Below are positions 18,591 through 30,329 of a stretch of 64,000 bases of DNA, one piece after another. Source of the stretch: an uncultured Gammaproteobacteria bacterium (GTDB taxonomy: Bacteria; Patescibacteriota; Microgenomatia; Levybacterales; UBA12049); contig CAZERI010000004.1 in the NCBI GenBank assembly GCA_964515545.1, forward strand, positions 24,572-88,571. The letters are read 5' to 3'. Position 1 is the stretch's first letter. Each line of letters starts with the position of its first letter. The translations under genes and the position numbers were made by a program. The notes below the pieces were generated by a model. That model had not been told where the DNA came from and searched no databases. It saw only the letters and a program-made list of their open reading frames with translations.

Positions 18591-19793
18591 TTATTGAATT
18601 TGAGAAATAATATTATAGATTGGCGTGATAATTGAGATAATCAAAAAACCTACCCCAACAGCTAACACAATCATGATAATTGGCTCCATAGCAGTCGTGA
18701 GACCTTTTACGGTTGTTTCTACTTCACGTTCGAAGTACTCCGACACACGAGTTAACGAGTCATCCAGTTTTCCAGTTTGTTCTCCAATTTTCACCATTTC
18801 AATCATCAAAGGAGGAAAAAGAGGGTCTGAGAGCATTGCATCTCCGATAGTGACTCCTTTTTCTACTTTTTTCCCAACTTCACGGATAGCTTCTTGATAG
18901 TAGACATTTCCGATAACATCAGCACTTTCATTTAAGGAGGAGACTACCAGCGAACCTGTCCCCACCAGAAGCCCGAAAGTTCTGGAGAATTCAGCCATGA
19001 TTGACTGAACTGTCAACTTACTAAAAATAGGCATTCTCAAAATAAGAGCATCAATAAATCTCTTACCGCGGAGTGTTTTCCTCCATCTTCTGAAATAAAA
19101 GACAGTAGGGAAAATACTTCCCAGAACAAATGGCCAAAACTTAACAGTAAAATTGGAAAGACCAATAACAATTTTAGTAGGAAGAGGAAGATCTACATTA
19201 AAACTTGCATAAAGTCCGGTTAACGTAGGAACTACAAAGATCATCATAATTGCCATGACTGCCACCATCATAATAACTACAATTGCAGGATACATAAGAG
19301 CTGATTTAATAGTATTTCTTAATTTATCCTGTTTCTCTAAATTGTCCGCCAGCCGAAGAAGAATCTTATCCAGAAGTCCAGCTGTCTCTGCAGCTTGAAT
19401 AAGAGAAATATAAATTGGATAGAAAACATTAGGATATTTACTGATAGCCTGGGACAGAGTCTTTCCCTCCTGAATATTGGCTATCATACCTTCTATAACC
19501 TCAGCCATGGCAGGATTCTGGACTTGGTTGCGAAGAATGGTTAAAGCCTGCATAACAGTAAGGCCTGAAGTCAGCATGGATGAGAGCTGTCGGGTGAAAA
19601 AAACAAGATCTTTCTTAGCAGAGCGACGATTTAGAAGATAACGGAGCGAACTATTTTGATTAAAAACTTTTATAACAATAGGAACGAAATCCTGTTTTCT
19701 AAGAAATGAAGCAGCTTCTCTCTCATCTTTAGCTTCCACCAATCCATGAACAATTTTCCCTTTTTCATTGACTGCTCGATATGCTAACTTCAT
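18591..19793 (-). CDS. pilC: type IV pilus platform protein PilC (GspF family)
   Basis: Two GspF repeats, N-terminus MKLAYRAVNEKGKIVHGLVEAKDEREA typical of PilC; 400 aa, 3-4 TM. Confidence 0.85.
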   Translation of the reverse strand: MKLAYRAVNEKGKIVHGLVEAKDEREAASFLRKQDFVPIVIKVFNQNSSLRYLLNRRSAKKDLVFFTRQLSSMLTSGLTVMQALTILRNQVQNPAMAEVIEGMIANIQEGKTLSQAISKYPNVFYPIYISLIQAAETAGLLDKILLRLADNLEKQDKLRNTIKSALMYPAIVVIMMVAVMAIMMIFVVPTLTGLYASFNVDLPLPTKIVIGLSNFTVKFWPFVLGSIFPTVFYFRRWRKTLRGKRFIDALILRMPIFSKLTVQSIMAEFSRTFGLLVGTGSLVVSSLNESADVIGNVYYQEAIREVGKKVEKGVTIGDAMLSDPLFPPLMIEMVKIGEQTGKLDDSLTRVSEYFEREVETTVKGLTTAMEPIIMIVLAVGVGFLIISIITPIYNIISQIQ

Positions 19794-19795
19794 GA

Positions 19796-20869
19796 TTACC
19801 CAGTCATCCTCATAATTTCATCTGGATGATTAGCAAATCCTTTAGCAATCTCCAAGCTAATCTGACCAGAACGAACTAACTGAGTAAGTGAATCTTCAAG
19901 CGTTATCATTCCTACATCTTTTGATGTCTGTATAGCAGAGTCGATCAAATGCGTTTTGCCATCTCGAATATTACTAGCAACAGCTGAGCTTCCTAATAAT
20001 ATTTCAACGGCAGGAATACGTCCGCCAGTTATACGTGGGATTAACCGCTGAGAAATAATCCCTTTTAATGTTGATGCGAGCTGAACTCTCACTTGGGATC
20101 TTTGATGATCAGGAAATGAATCAACAATACGATCAATACTTTGAGAGGCAGAATTCGTATGAAGAGTAGCGAAAACTACATGTCCTGTCTCAGCAATAGT
20201 AAGAGCTGCTGCCATAGTCTCCGGATCACGCATTTCTCCGACTAAAACTACATCTGGATCCTCCCTAAGGGCAGACCTGAGTGCCATAGACCACGAGTGG
20301 GTATCCGTTCCCATTTCCCGTTGGGACATAATACTATTTCCCTTAGGATAGACATACTCAATCGGATCCTCAATGGTTAGAATGTGCTGTGCCTTATTGA
20401 GATTTATTTCGTTAATGATTGCTGCAAGGGTGCTTGATTTACCATGACCTGTTGGACCTGTTACCAAAACAAATCCTTGATGCAAAGAAGCAAAAGTATG
20501 ACAAATTTTTGGCATCTCAAGCTGCTCAAGCGTCCTAATCATAGGAGGAAGGAAACGGAGAGCTGCAGCCAGATACCCTCTTTGAAAATATGCATTAATA
20601 CGGAATCTTCCTAAATTACCGTATGCTCCGCCTCCAAAGCCGAAGGAAAAATCCAGCTCTTTATTGGCTAAAAGCAATTCCTTCTGTTCTGGAGTCATCA
20701 GGCCATAGACAAGTTCTTCTACCTTTTCTTTCGTTAAAACCTCATAAGTAGTTAAGTAACGCAGCGTTCCATCAATACGAATAGAAGGAGGAATACCGAC
20801 AAGCAAATGCAGATCTGATGCATTATTCTTAATTGTTAATTGTAATAATTCCTGAATATTAGGCGACAT
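19796..20869 (-). CDS. pilT: twitching motility ATPase PilT
   Basis: Walker A GPTGHGKSSTLAAII, Asp box, His box, 357 aa, no N-terminal GSPII_E_N domain. Confidence 0.85.
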   Translation of the reverse strand: MSPNIQELLQLTIKNNASDLHLLVGIPPSIRIDGTLRYLTTYEVLTKEKVEELVYGLMTPEQKELLLANKELDFSFGFGGGAYGNLGRFRINAYFQRGYLAAALRFLPPMIRTLEQLEMPKICHTFASLHQGFVLVTGPTGHGKSSTLAAIINEINLNKAQHILTIEDPIEYVYPKGNSIMSQREMGTDTHSWSMALRSALREDPDVVLVGEMRDPETMAAALTIAETGHVVFATLHTNSASQSIDRIVDSFPDHQRSQVRVQLASTLKGIISQRLIPRITGGRIPAVEILLGSSAVASNIRDGKTHLIDSAIQTSKDVGMITLEDSLTQLVRSGQISLEIAKGFANHPDEIMRMTG

Positions 20870-20870
20870 A

Positions 20871-22697
20871 TTATTCTTTAGCGACTCTCAGAACTTCCTC
20901 TATCGATGAGACTCCTTTCAATACCTTAAGATATCCATCCTGCATCATGGTAATCATTCCTTCAACTACTGCTTGTCTCTCAATACTCGCACTATCTGGA
21001 TGCTGAAGTATCAGCTGACCAATTTTCTCGGAGACAGGTAATACCTCATAAATTCCTATCCTTCCTTTATATCCTGATCCTCCACACTCATTACAGCCTT
21101 TGCCTCGATAAAACCGCACATCCTGATCTTTCATTGTGTAGAGTGGTCCTAGAATCTGTTTTACCGACGCTAACACCTGAGGGGCAGGAATAAACTCTTC
21201 CTTACAGACAGGATCGATCTTCCTGACGATACGTTGCCCCACGATAGCCGTAATTGTGGATGAAAGAAGGAAACTCTCAGCACCTAAATCAATAAGACGC
21301 GGTAATGCCCCCGCAGCGCTTTCCGTATGAAGCGTCGAGAAGACTAAATGGCCGGTAAGTGCTGCCTGTAATGCCAAATCTGTGGTCTCTTTATCACGAA
21401 TTTCTCCAACAAGAATGATGTTGGGGTCCTGGCGGAGAAAAGCTCTCAGTCCCGAAGCAAAGGTCAGGCCAACTGCAGGATTTATCTGTACTTGGTTTAC
21501 CCCCGCTATCTGGTACTCAACAGGATCCTCAAGCGACATAATATTTACCTTAGGAGTATTTAGCTTAGACAACACAGCATACAGAGTTGTCGTTTTACCG
21601 CTTCCTGTAGGGCCGGTAACAAGGATAATGCCGTGAGGACGTAAAATGGAATCTTCTAACCGCTTAAGAGCAAGTCCGCTAAGACCCAAATCCTGAAGTG
21701 TCGGAATACCACCAGACTTACGAAGAAGACGCATGACAATTTTTTCTCCGTTAACGGTAGGGAGAATAGAGATACGAAGATCTACTTCCTCATCAGCCAC
21801 TTTAAAGGTAAATCTTCCGTCTTGCGGAGAACGATGTTCGTCAATCTTTAAATCAGAGAGAATCTTAATACGTGAGACTAAAGCCTCCTGAACATTTTTT
21901 GGCAGACTCAATTTATCATAGAGGATTCCATCGATGCGGTATCGAACTCTTACACGGTCTTCCTGAGGTTCTATATGAATATCTGAAGAACGGCTTGTCA
22001 CCGCATATTCAAGAATAGTTGAAACTATTTTTGCAATTGGTGCTTCCTTAATAAGCTGAGCAATCTGTGAACTATCTACTACTTTTTTCTTATCTGAAAA
22101 TTCCTCAGTTTCTTTAATTGCTGCACCCACTTCACCTACTAACGCCTGACGATACTGCTGGTCGATAGCATTTTGGACGTCTCGAGGAGAAGCAGCAAAT
22201 GTCTTAACCATCATGCCTGTTTTTTGCCTCACAAATTCAATTGCATCCAGATCTACTGGATTAGCCATTGCTATCGATAGCGTAGAATTACGCTCATCAA
22301 AGAAAAAAGGGATAAGGTTAAAACGCTCCACTACAGCACGGGGAAGAAGGCTGATTGCTTGAGGGGAAAACGAAGTCGTACTAAGAGCGATGTAGGGCAC
22401 ACCGAGGACTTTTGCTTTTGCTTCAGATATCCGATCTTCAGGAACTGTTTTTGATTCCAAGAGAATTGCTTCAACACTCTTACCAGCCATAGCACTTTTG
22501 ACTTTAATATCCGCTGCCTGCTGAGGGGTGAGCAATCGCTCCTGAACAAGAGTATCCACTAGAGACAGTTCTTCTTGATCTAGTTCTTGAGGAGGCTGAA
22601 CTAGATTTTGAACAGGAAGAGTCTGGAGAGGTTCCTGTGGCACTGGAGGAGGTGCAGCCACGGGCTGAATAGTAGGTACTTGGGCAGTATCTGGCAT
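20871..22697 (-). CDS. pilB: type IV pilus assembly ATPase PilB (GspE family) with Pro-rich N-terminal extension
   Basis: GSPII_E N domain, Walker A GPTGSGKTTTLYAVL, tetra-Cys Zn motif CKEE..CNECGGSGYKGR; first ~40 aa Pro/Gln-rich. Confidence 0.85.
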   Translation of the reverse strand: MPDTAQVPTIQPVAAPPPVPQEPLQTLPVQNLVQPPQELDQEELSLVDTLVQERLLTPQQAADIKVKSAMAGKSVEAILLESKTVPEDRISEAKAKVLGVPYIALSTTSFSPQAISLLPRAVVERFNLIPFFFDERNSTLSIAMANPVDLDAIEFVRQKTGMMVKTFAASPRDVQNAIDQQYRQALVGEVGAAIKETEEFSDKKKVVDSSQIAQLIKEAPIAKIVSTILEYAVTSRSSDIHIEPQEDRVRVRYRIDGILYDKLSLPKNVQEALVSRIKILSDLKIDEHRSPQDGRFTFKVADEEVDLRISILPTVNGEKIVMRLLRKSGGIPTLQDLGLSGLALKRLEDSILRPHGIILVTGPTGSGKTTTLYAVLSKLNTPKVNIMSLEDPVEYQIAGVNQVQINPAVGLTFASGLRAFLRQDPNIILVGEIRDKETTDLALQAALTGHLVFSTLHTESAAGALPRLIDLGAESFLLSSTITAIVGQRIVRKIDPVCKEEFIPAPQVLASVKQILGPLYTMKDQDVRFYRGKGCNECGGSGYKGRIGIYEVLPVSEKIGQLILQHPDSASIERQAVVEGMITMMQDGYLKVLKGVSSIEEVLRVAKE

Positions 22698-22747
22698 AGT
22701 TTAATAGTAGGAAATAGCTTGTTATAATGTCAAGGAAAGTAAACCCT

Positions 22748-23428
22748 ATGACAAGTTTTATCATCGTATCTCCCGATCCTAACCTCCAGGAAAAAAAGCT
22801 TTTGGACTTATGTAATGATGTAAAAATCGATCCTCTTGATAGATCATTTATAAAAACTGAAAAAGAAGGCTCTGTAGGAATTGAACTTATTAAAAAATTA
22901 CAGGAGAAAATTTTTCTTAAACCTTTTAAAAGTCAAGATAAGGCTGTCATCATCCCACATGCAGATCTTCTGACGGTTCCTGCTCAGAATGCGTTGTTAA
23001 AGCTGCTCGAGGAGCCTCCTGCTCATACGCTTATATTTTTATTGGCCTCAAACCGTGAAGCTTTTCTCCCGACGATTCTTTCCCGTTGCCAGCTCATCGA
23101 AATTAAGGCTGAGCAGGAACCCTATACTGACAAAGAACAAAGTACTCTCAGAGAACAACTTGAGATCTGGACGAAACAAAGTCCAGGAGATGCCTTAAAA
23201 CAAGCAGAAAGTCTTGCTAAGGACAAAGAAAAAGCTCTCATAACACTTGAAAAGTTTATTATCATGGGAGAAAACATACTAAAAGCTGATATTAAAAATC
23301 GTAATATGTCACCAACAATCGCTTATCAGCTCCAGCAGCTGCAAAAAGCATATACTACTCTTAAGGCAACTAATACAAATCCTCGGCTTACACTCGAGCA
23401 CCTCTTCCTTTCTTTTCTTGAAGAGTAA
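22748..23428 (+). CDS. holB: DNA polymerase III delta-prime subunit-like (clamp-loader AAA+ lid, short form)
   Basis: SRC motif LPTILSRCQLIEI; track start 22727 overlaps a TGtTATAAT -10 box, so internal ATG 22748 (preceded by AAGGAAAG) preferred. Confidence 0.6.
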   Translation: MTSFIIVSPDPNLQEKKLLDLCNDVKIDPLDRSFIKTEKEGSVGIELIKKLQEKIFLKPFKSQDKAVIIPHADLLTVPAQNALLKLLEEPPAHTLIFLLASNREAFLPTILSRCQLIEIKAEQEPYTDKEQSTLREQLEIWTKQSPGDALKQAESLAKDKEKALITLEKFIIMGENILKADIKNRNMSPTIAYQLQQLQKAYTTLKATNTNPRLTLEHLFLSFLEE

Positions 23429-23457
23429 TAAGCCTTGGAACTGCTGACTTTCTGAGG

Positions 23458-23486
23458 TTGAAAACCTCGAAAATTACTGATATACT
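23458..23486 (+). promoter_or_regulatory. sigma70-type promoter TTGAAA-17-TATACT 10 nt upstream of gyrB ATG
   Basis: -35 23458-23463, -10 23481-23486. Confidence 0.5.
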
Positions 23487-23496
23487 GGCTTTATAA

Positions 23497-25443
<1,947 letters not shown>

Positions 25444-25456
25444 GGAGGTGAAATAG

Positions 25457-25972
25457 ATGAATATAACAAAATTATCATCAGGAAAAGATGTAGCCAACGG
25501 ACAAATTAATGTTCTGATAGAGATTCCTAAGGATAGTGCTATTAAGTATGAATTAGATAAAGACTCTGGAATTGTGATGGTAGATCGATTCTTACATACT
25601 GCGATGAGGTTTCCGACTAATTATGGCTTTGTCCCAAATACATTAGCTGATGACGGTGATCCACTTGATGTAATGGTACTCTCAGAGTATTCTGTAGCAC
25701 CTGGAACTGCCATCCCAGCTGTCGTAATCGGTATGCTTGAGATGGAAGATGAGGCTGGAATCGACACAAAAATTTTGGCTGTACCTTCAAGCAAAATTGA
25801 TCCATTATTTGGTGAAATGAAAGACATTACCGATGTACCAGAAGCTACAAAAAATAAGATGAAGCATTTTTATGAGAATTATAAATCACTTGAACCTGGA
25901 AAATGGGTCAAGCTGAAAGATTGGAAAGATAAAAAAACAGCACTTGAAGCTGTTAAGAAGTCTCTTAAGTAG
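25457..25972 (+). CDS. ppa: inorganic pyrophosphatase (family I)
   Basis: NVLIEIPKDSAIKYELDK, DGDPLDVMVL; strong SD GGAGGTG 7 nt upstream. Confidence 0.9.
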   Translation: MNITKLSSGKDVANGQINVLIEIPKDSAIKYELDKDSGIVMVDRFLHTAMRFPTNYGFVPNTLADDGDPLDVMVLSEYSVAPGTAIPAVVIGMLEMEDEAGIDTKILAVPSSKIDPLFGEMKDITDVPEATKNKMKHFYENYKSLEPGKWVKLKDWKDKKTALEAVKKSLK

Positions 25973-26048
25973 CGTTTGGACTCTTGTTCCTCGCCTCGCT
26001 ATAAGCGGGCGAGATATAAAAGCCTAAACGATTTTTTATTTATTACCT

Positions 26049-28601
26049 ATGAGTCAAAATATTGGTAAATTACAGCCGATCGACATCTCGCAAGAGATGA
26101 AGAAGTCGTATCTTAACTACGCGATGTCAGTTATTGTCTCGCGTGCTCTGCCTGACGTCCGAGACGGCCTCAAACCAGTCCATCGCCGTATCCTCTATGC
26201 GATGCATGAAATGGGTCTTACTCATCAGTCTAAATACGTTAAGAGTGCCACAGTTGCTGGAGAAGTTATGGGTAAATACCATCCTCACGGAGACGCCCCA
26301 ATTTATGACGCTCTCGTTCGCCTTGCTCAAGATTTTTCTATCCGCTATCCGCTTATTGATGGACAGGGAAACTTTGGTTCAATTGACGGCGATCCGCCTG
26401 CTGCTATGCGTTACACAGAAGCGCGTATGGCAGCCATTACATCCGAACTCCTTGTTGATATTGACAAAGAGACAGTTGAGTATATTCCCACATTTGATGC
26501 AGTCCGTGAAGAGCCTGTTTACCTTCCAGCCAAACTTCCTAATCTTCTCCTTATGGGAAGTGAAGGTATTGCTGTAGGTATGGCGACCAAAATTCCTCCC
26601 CATAATTTGGGCGAGGTTATTGATGCTATCCAATACATGATTGGGAAGACAACCTTTGCACTTCCGACTAAGGCAGAAAAAGTTGAAGCACCTACTATCA
26701 CTACGGGAGAGGGCGACACTGCAATTGTTACTGAGGAAGAAAAATCAGTATCAATGTCGACTGGAGTTACCATCGATGAGCTTCTCCAATTTGTTAAGGG
26801 TCCTGATTTCCCGACAGCAGGAGCAATATTTGATATAAATGAGATTAAAAATGCATATATCACAGGACGAGGAAAAATTTTAATTCGCGGAAAAGCAGAA
26901 ATTGAAGAAATCGGTCAAGGCAAGTCAGCTATTATCATCACAGAAATCCCTTATCAGGTAAATAAAGCAGTCCTAGTTACCCGTATTGCAGACCTTGCAA
27001 AAGAGAAAAAAATTGAAGGAATTTCTGACCTTCGAGATGAATCAGATCGAAGGGGTCTTCGAGTCGTCGTTGAATTAAAACGGGATGCTTCGCCTAAGAA
27101 AGTTCTTAATAATTTATTTAAGCATACGTCCCTTCAGACAAGTTTTCCCGTAAATATGGTTGCCCTCGTTGATGGAACTCCTCAGACTCTTAACCTTAAA
27201 GTAATTCTTGAAGAGTACCTTAAGCATCGCTATTTAGTCATTAAAAAACGATCTGAATTTGAACTCAGACAGGCTAAAGCACGACTTCATATTTTAGAGG
27301 GACTAAAAATCGCAGTCGATCATATTGATGAAGTAATCCAGACTATTAGAGCCTCCAAAGATCAAGATGAAGCAAAGAAAAACTTGATTGAGAAATTCAA
27401 ACTTTCTGACATTCAGGCCACTGCAATTTTGGACATGCAGCTGAGAAGATTGGCAGCACTAGAAAGACAGAAAATTGAAGATGAGATTGCCATGATAAGT
27501 GAGACTATCGCTTACCTTGAAGATCTTCTAGCTCATCCTGAAAAAATCCTGGGAGTAATCAATGATGAGCTTACTAATCTCAAACAGAAATACGCAGATC
27601 CAAGGCGTACTAAAGTGTTCAAAGGCAAGGTTGACGAATTCTCTGAAGAAGATCTTATTCCAAATGAAGCAACAGTTATCACACTAACTGAGACAGGGTA
27701 TATCAAACGTCAATCAATGAATAGCTTCTCGCTTCAGCATAGAGGAGGTAAGGGCGTTCGCGGAATGACTACTAAAGAGGAAGATACTATAACTCATATT
27801 AAATCAGCCATGACACATGACAATATTATTTTCTTTACTAACAAAGGAAAGGCATACCAGCTAAGGGCTTATGAAATTGACGAGAGTAGCCGAGTCAGTA
27901 AAGGAACGGCTATTGTTAATTTGCTTAATATCGAGCAAGGTGAAAAAGTAGAATCATTTGTTATTGTAAATAAAGATCTCAAAAAAGGATATATCTTCCT
28001 GACAACACGCAAAGGAACGGTAAAGAAAACAAGTGTCTCAGAATTTGACAACATCAGACGCAACGGAATGATCGCAATTAAGCTTGACTCCGGCGATGAG
28101 CTGGTATGGAGTAATATTTCAACGGGAGAAAATGGTGTCCTTATCGTAACGAGACAAGGAAAAGCGATCAGATTCTCAGAGCGCTCAGTAAGACCTCTGG
28201 GTCGTGGCACAATTGGGGTTAGAGGAATTAAGTTGGCTGAGGGCGATGTGGTAATCAGTATGGACGTCCTCCAAAAAGACGAAGGGAATGCAGAACTTCT
28301 CACTATCATGGAAAATGGACTTGGTAAAAAGACAGTTGTTTCACAATTTCCAAAGCAGGAAAGGGGAGGGCAGGGAGTAAAAGTAGCTAAAGTGAGCGAT
28401 AAAACAGGTAACGTAGCAGTGTCTCAAATTATTCCGCCAAATAGTGAGGAACTTATTATTACCAGTAAAAGAGGGCAAGTAGTCAAACTTGAGATTGTCT
28501 CCATCCCTAAACTTCATCGTGACACACAAGGAGTTATTCTTATGCGCTTCTCTAATCCATCTGATCGAGTAGCAGCTGCTACCTGTATCCAAAAAGCCTA
28601 A
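26049..28601 (+). CDS. gyrA: DNA gyrase subunit A
   Basis: [29 protein letters not shown], active-site Tyr region, C-terminal beta-pinwheel repeats; 850 aa. Confidence 0.95.
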   Translation: MSQNIGKLQPIDISQEMKKSYLNYAMSVIVSRALPDVRDGLKPVHRRILYAMHEMGLTHQSKYVKSATVAGEVMGKYHPHGDAPIYDALVRLAQDFSIRYPLIDGQGNFGSIDGDPPAAMRYTEARMAAITSELLVDIDKETVEYIPTFDAVREEPVYLPAKLPNLLLMGSEGIAVGMATKIPPHNLGEVIDAIQYMIGKTTFALPTKAEKVEAPTITTGEGDTAIVTEEEKSVSMSTGVTIDELLQFVKGPDFPTAGAIFDINEIKNAYITGRGKILIRGKAEIEEIGQGKSAIIITEIPYQVNKAVLVTRIADLAKEKKIEGISDLRDESDRRGLRVVVELKRDASPKKVLNNLFKHTSLQTSFPVNMVALVDGTPQTLNLKVILEEYLKHRYLVIKKRSEFELRQAKARLHILEGLKIAVDHIDEVIQTIRASKDQDEAKKNLIEKFKLSDIQATAILDMQLRRLAALERQKIEDEIAMISETIAYLEDLLAHPEKILGVINDELTNLKQKYADPRRTKVFKGKVDEFSEEDLIPNEATVITLTETGYIKRQSMNSFSLQHRGGKGVRGMTTKEEDTITHIKSAMTHDNIIFFTNKGKAYQLRAYEIDESSRVSKGTAIVNLLNIEQGEKVESFVIVNKDLKKGYIFLTTRKGTVKKTSVSEFDNIRRNGMIAIKLDSGDELVWSNISTGENGVLIVTRQGKAIRFSERSVRPLGRGTIGVRGIKLAEGDVVISMDVLQKDEGNAELLTIMENGLGKKTVVSQFPKQERGGQGVKVAKVSDKTGNVAVSQIIPPNSEELIITSKRGQVVKLEIVSIPKLHRDTQGVILMRFSNPSDRVAAATCIQKA

Positions 28602-28625
28602 TTTCTCCTCTGTTATACTTACCTC

Positions 28626-29366
28626 ATGTCACTTAAGGAGAAAGTTATTACTATCAAAGGAATAAAAACTGTTTTTTTGGAGACAGGGAGAGGCGAGACG
28701 CTCGTCTGGATCCCCGGATGGGGAGCAGGAGGCAGTACGTATCAGGCTATTTTCCACCTCTTAGAGAAAGACTATCATCTTATATCTCCTGATATGCCTG
28801 GATTTGGTAAGGCAGATATACCTAAAAAAATTTGGGATCTTGAAGAATATGGAGAATACGTCTCATCATTCATAGATCAGCTTTCTCTAAAAAATATTAC
28901 CCTAATTGGCCATTCTACTGGTGCAGCGATTGCACTCCATACCGCTACTAAAAGTAATTCTATTAAGCGCCTCATTCTTATTGGACCTTACGGCCTGCCC
29001 CTGGGACAAAGCAGACATAAATTACTCATAAGATATCTCCGTGAATTCTTCACTGAATTAAAAGAGACAGCAAATGTAAGTACTTTTATAAAAACGAGTA
29101 CAAATCTTCTTTCTATTATGAGGAATATCAAGTATACACTTCCTTATACCCTCCATATATTCGATGAGCAATTACAAAATAATGAGACGCTTTTTACTAA
29201 AATTACCGTCCCAACTCTTATTTTATGGGGTAAGGATGATAAAATTTTTGGTAAAGACTATGCTGATAAGATCCGCCACTCATTACCAAATGCAGCAATC
29301 CATGAGGTAGAGGGGACACATAACTGGATTATCTTCAGACCTCAGCAGCTTCTTTCGTACCTTTAA
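28626..29366 (+). CDS. alpha/beta-hydrolase fold protein
   Basis: Nucleophile elbow GHSTGAAIAL, HGWG-like LVWIPGWGAGGS; 246 aa. Confidence 0.7.
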   Translation: MSLKEKVITIKGIKTVFLETGRGETLVWIPGWGAGGSTYQAIFHLLEKDYHLISPDMPGFGKADIPKKIWDLEEYGEYVSSFIDQLSLKNITLIGHSTGAAIALHTATKSNSIKRLILIGPYGLPLGQSRHKLLIRYLREFFTELKETANVSTFIKTSTNLLSIMRNIKYTLPYTLHIFDEQLQNNETLFTKITVPTLILWGKDDKIFGKDYADKIRHSLPNAAIHEVEGTHNWIIFRPQQLLSYL

Positions 29367-29401
29367 TTCCAAATAGACCGGCTACATTGTATAATAGCTT
29401 C

Positions 29402-30244
29402 ATGATACTTGATGGGAAAGCTATTGCCTCACATATTTTAGAAGTGCTAAAACAGAGGGTAATAGACTTAAGAGAAGAGGGAATAACACCTCATTTAGCT
29501 GTAATTCTTATTGGTGATGATGAGTCATCCAAAGCCTATGTTCGCCAGAAAGAATTAAAGGCACATGAAATTGGCGCAGCTATTACTATCCACCGCTTTA
29601 ATAAGAATTTTACCGAGGCTGATTTACTTAAGCTGATCGAAGAACTTAACGATGACCCAATTGTCCATGGTATTATCATCCAGCGCCCGCTTCCACCACA
29701 TATCGACAAAGATAAAGTAACCACTGCTACGAGTGTGGATAAAGATGTCGATGGGTTTTGTGAGTCAACTCCTTTTGATGCCCCTGTTGCTCTAGCTGTC
29801 TGGAGAATTCTGAAAGAAGTTTTTAAGCAAATAGGTGATCAGGATATTTTGCTTGAGGACTGGGTAAAAGCTAAAAAAGTGGCAATCATTGGTAAAGGCC
29901 AGACTGCAGGCATGCCTATCATTACCTTCTTTAAAAAGAAGGGATTACCTCTTACCATTATTGATAGTAAGACTGATAATAAAAGCGAAATTATACAAAA
30001 TGCAGATATTATTATTAGTGCTGTTGGAAAAGATTCCGTTATTACAAAGGAAATGATCAAGGATGATGTAATCTTACTAGGAGTCGGTATGCATAGGGGA
30101 ACTGATGGGAAAATGCAGGGAGATTATGAGGAAGGGGAGATCTCCTCTAAGGCTTCCTTTTATACGCCGGTTCCGGGAGGAGTAGGGCCAGTAAATGTCG
30201 CGATGCTTCTCTCAAACCTTCTCAAGGCAGCAGAGAATAATTAA
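29402..30244 (+). CDS. folD: bifunctional methylenetetrahydrofolate dehydrogenase/cyclohydrolase
   Basis: MILDGKAIA.., YVRQKELKA, Rossmann GxGxxxG-like IIGKGQTAGMP; track start 29387 is TTG overlapping a TATAAT box, ATG 29402 preferred. Confidence 0.9.
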   Translation: MILDGKAIASHILEVLKQRVIDLREEGITPHLAVILIGDDESSKAYVRQKELKAHEIGAAITIHRFNKNFTEADLLKLIEELNDDPIVHGIIIQRPLPPHIDKDKVTTATSVDKDVDGFCESTPFDAPVALAVWRILKEVFKQIGDQDILLEDWVKAKKVAIIGKGQTAGMPIITFFKKKGLPLTIIDSKTDNKSEIIQNADIIISAVGKDSVITKEMIKDDVILLGVGMHRGTDGKMQGDYEEGEISSKASFYTPVPGGVGPVNVAMLLSNLLKAAENN

Positions 30245-30251
30245 TTTCTTC

Positions 30252-30280
30252 TTGACAAGATAAGCTAAAGTGCTTAAACT
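30252..30280 (+). promoter_or_regulatory. consensus-like promoter TTGACA-17-TAAACT between folD and pyrB
   Basis: -35 30252-30257, -10 30275-30280; predicted TSS ~30287 = base of the downstream hairpin. Confidence 0.45.
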
Positions 30281-30286
30281 AATATT

Positions 30287-30329
30287 CCAGGAGCAACCTG
30301 CCTGACGGCAGACAGGTCCTGGTTTTTTT
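30287..30329 (+). terminator. GC-rich hairpin + U7 (intrinsic terminator: folD terminator and/or pyrB leader attenuator)
   Basis: ccagga-gcaa-cctg-c-ctg-acgg-cag-a-cagg-tcctgg (30287-30322) followed by ttttttt (30323-30329), then pyrB ATG at 30330 with no SD. Confidence 0.55.

Noticed and set aside
22727-22747. Track start of the holB ORF at 22727
   Set aside because: That ATG is embedded in a TGtTATAAT -10 element (22721-22728). Internal ATG 22748, with an AAGGAAAG SD-like sequence, is more plausible.
25973-26048. Possible ppa terminator hairpin (ctcgcct..gggcgag)
   Set aside because: Only a 7-bp stem and no adjacent U-tract; not confident enough to annotate.
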